Shown: piece by piece, positions 61,970-64,000 of the stretch
Numbering within the stretch: position 1 is the first letter of the stretch
How the letters are laid out: every line of letters starts with the position of its first letter
Assembly: GCA_023255625.1 (NCBI GenBank)
Contig: JAHFLF010000001.1
Coordinates: 290,965 to 354,964, forward strand
DNA: 64,000 nucleotides
DNA from: Candidatus Harrisonbacteria bacterium
GTDB lineage: Bacteria; Patescibacteriota; Minisyncoccia; UBA6257; 1-14-0-10-44-23
Reading direction: 5' to 3'
Translations under genes and position numbers: made by a program
Notes under the pieces: generated by a model
Seen by the model: only the letters and a program-made list of their open reading frames with translations
The model's database searches: none
Told to the model about the DNA's origin: nothing

Positions 61970-62112
61970 ACAATCTAATATACCATATTTGAACATAAAA
62001 TTACAAGATTTGTACTAAAATATACAACTTTTTCAGTCTTTTTTTGACATATCTTGCCAAGTTAGTAAAGTTGTGTTGTTCTCGCAATTTCGCGGAACGA
62101 ACGGGGGGCGTC

Positions 62113-62796
62113 ATGGGAAATGCGTTCTTTGAAGAGTATCGTGCCTTTGAGAACGAGCTGGTTGAGCGTTTCAACCTGCATCCGTTCTTCGTCTCGTTCG
62201 GCTCGCTCCCGAACGAGGCGGTCATGGCGGCCCTTCTCCAGCTTGGTTTCATCTCGCTGGAGTTCGTCCGCTGGTACGAGCGGGCGAAACTCGGAATGAC
62301 CTCCGAGGAGGCAAAGGAGCTCATCCGCTGCATCCTGCGCGACGAGATCCCGAGTCGACTGCCGACGCACCAGGACGATCGGCTCGCTGACCTCTTGGCC
62401 ATGGGAGCGGCCAAGGAGCGAGTGCTGAACGAACCGGCGAGTGAGCGGACAGTGCAAACTGTTCGGACGCTCTACGAGCTCGTTCGCTATCCGCAGGAGT
62501 CATATGACCTGCGGGTGCTGGTATATCTCCGTATCTTCGGAGAGATACTGGTTGCGGAAACCTATGGACATGTAGTGCGGTCCATGGGGGAACGTTTCGG
62601 ATTGCAACCGGAGTGTTCGCGGTTCTACGAGCCGCACTACCGGCACGACGACAAAGACGAGGGAGGCCACAGCGTGAAGTTCGAAAGGGAGCTCGAAAAG
62701 CTCATCACGGACGAACACATGTTGGCGCTTGCCAAGTCCGCATCGGAGGCCGCCTTTACGGATCGCTACAAATTCTACGACCAGTTCGTGGAATAG
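62113..62796 (+). CDS. GC-rich helical protein, possibly heme-oxygenase-like diiron enzyme
   Basis: HPF, DE......H, FY..H...D....H pattern; G-rich SD. Confidence 0.6.
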   Translation: MGNAFFEEYRAFENELVERFNLHPFFVSFGSLPNEAVMAALLQLGFISLEFVRWYERAKLGMTSEEAKELIRCILRDEIPSRLPTHQDDRLADLLAMGAAKERVLNEPASERTVQTVRTLYELVRYPQESYDLRVLVYLRIFGEILVAETYGHVVRSMGERFGLQPECSRFYEPHYRHDDKDEGGHSVKFERELEKLITDEHMLALAKSASEAAFTDRYKFYDQFVE

Positions 62797-62808
62797 CTAC
62801 ATCACCTG

Positions 62809-62883
62809 AAGCGTGTCACATACGCTGCGGCTAGAGCCGCGAAAGTTGTGAGCGTCACCTGGCAGTGGTGAGCCCTCGGGAAG
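62809..62883 (+). ncRNA. Structured 3'UTR motif, copy 2
   Basis: Aligns with 17186-17262 (minus). Confidence 0.65.
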
Positions 62884-62977
62884 CAGAGCCCGAAACGCAC
62901 GCGCCCCGGGCAGGAATGTCCGGGGCGCAGTGATTTTTACAACTTATTAAGTTAACTCTAGAATCCTATCTACGATA

Positions 62978-63400
62978 TCAAATTCCTGATTCTAAATTTT
63001 TTACGTCTCTCTCGACTTCTTCGCGAATCTTTTTTGCCAACTGAGCAGAAATCTCAGCTATTTTCCCATTTGCAACTTGCCGAACAGCCTGTGCTAGTTG
63101 AGCAAAATCATCAACGGTGTAGCCAGGATAATACCCTTGAACGGTTGGGTCCATATCCTTGGCGCCCTCGAAATCCTTGATAAGACCTGTCATTGCACTT
63201 TTGAACCTGTTGAGGTTGCCGCTATATCTCTGTCCCTCTTTTTGAAGATCCTCCGTCATAGCTGCTTCAAGATAATGAGCGTTGCCCTGCAGTATCTTGT
63301 CAGCTTGTTTATGTATATCTATTGGCGTAATAACTTGTTCCTGAGCGCCCCCCCCAGCAGGTGCTTGCTTCACTTTGAATGCGTCATCTTCAATGCCCAT
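62978..63400 (-). CDS. Hypothetical protein
   Basis: ORF following fba. Confidence 0.7.
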   Translation of the reverse strand: MGIEDDAFKVKQAPAGGGAQEQVITPIDIHKQADKILQGNAHYLEAAMTEDLQKEGQRYSGNLNRFKSAMTGLIKDFEGAKDMDPTVQGYYPGYTVDDFAQLAQAVRQVANGKIAEISAQLAKKIREEVERDVKNLESGI

Positions 63401-63414
63401 ATTTTAATGAATTA

Positions 63415-64000
63415 TTAATTAATCTTATTAAACAACTTTAAACGGGCCAGTGCAACTGCTTTGACGTCAACGAAGGCGGGTTTAAGCAGATTATATGGTG
63501 CGACTTCGCTTGGCAGATCATGCAATCCTTTTTCGATACCGGTGCGCAAGGCTCGCCGCAATTCGGTTGAAATGTGAATAATGCTGACGCCGACATCAAT
63601 CGCTTTTAAAAATTCTTCGTCTGGGGTGCCGCTGCCGCCATGCAATACCAGCGGCACTTTGGCGGCGCGCCGAATTTCCTTGATACGCTTAATGAAAAGA
63701 TGTTTCGTGAAGGTTCCCGAATCTTTGAACATCCCGTGCACATTGCCGACGGCGGGCGCAAGCATATCAACCCCCGTAAGCTCCACGAACTGAGCGGCCT
63801 GCTCGGGCTTCGTAATAGTATCCTCAGTAATCTCCACGCCATCCGGCAGCTTATCGTGCACCTGCGAACCGGCCCCGATAAAGCCAATCTCGCCCTCTAT
63901 TAATACCTTCTTGTTTTTGCTGGCGCGGGCATACTGGACAATTTCTCGAACCATCGCAACATTGTCCGCAAAAGGCTTATCTGCCTCATCAATAATCACT
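63415..64000 (-). CDS. fba: Class II fructose-bisphosphate aldolase (5' partial)
   Basis: EGEIG, LAPAVGNVHG, LVLHGGSG. Confidence 0.93.
   Translation of the reverse strand, partial: VIIDEADKPFADNVAMVREIVQYARASKNKKVLIEGEIGFIGAGSQVHDKLPDGVEITEDTITKPEQAAQFVELTGVDMLAPAVGNVHGMFKDSGTFTKHLFIKRIKEIRRAAKVPLVLHGGSGTPDEEFLKAIDVGVSIIHISTELRRALRTGIEKGLHDLPSEVAPYNLLKPAFVDVKAVALARLKLFNKIN

Overview
This 64 kb window looks like a chromosomal segment of a Patescibacteria/CPR (Parcubacteria-like) genome using code 11. It carries housekeeping genes (ftsH, rpmE, nrdJ, recA, rplY, dcd, thyA, folA, fba), an unlinked and enlarged 16S rRNA without the canonical anti-Shine-Dalgarno tail, and 8 tRNA loci. Those include tRNA-Ile(UAU), a tRNA-Phe with a group I intron, and a tRNA-Arg split by a GIY-YIG cassette. 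The strongest signal is a two-tier gene architecture. AT-richer core genes and regulators have no SD. Interspersed GC-rich 'cargo' genes mostly have strong GGAGG/AGGAG SD sites, which this 16S appears unable to pair with. The cargo sits under nutrient-type control: TrpR operators with a WW leader peptide, a YYY leader peptide, and divergent TrmB-like regulators. Some cargo units also share structured UTR motifs, including an apparent tandem-pseudoknot 3' element. A second theme is small stand-alone nuclease-like genes (LAGLIDADG, two GIY-YIG, PaaX/Cas2-like), each bracketed by its own repeats. Several palindromic repeat families have invaded ORFs in frame, a tRNA, an intron and the 16S rRNA. 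All calls were made by eye with no database searches, and RNA boundaries are approximate.
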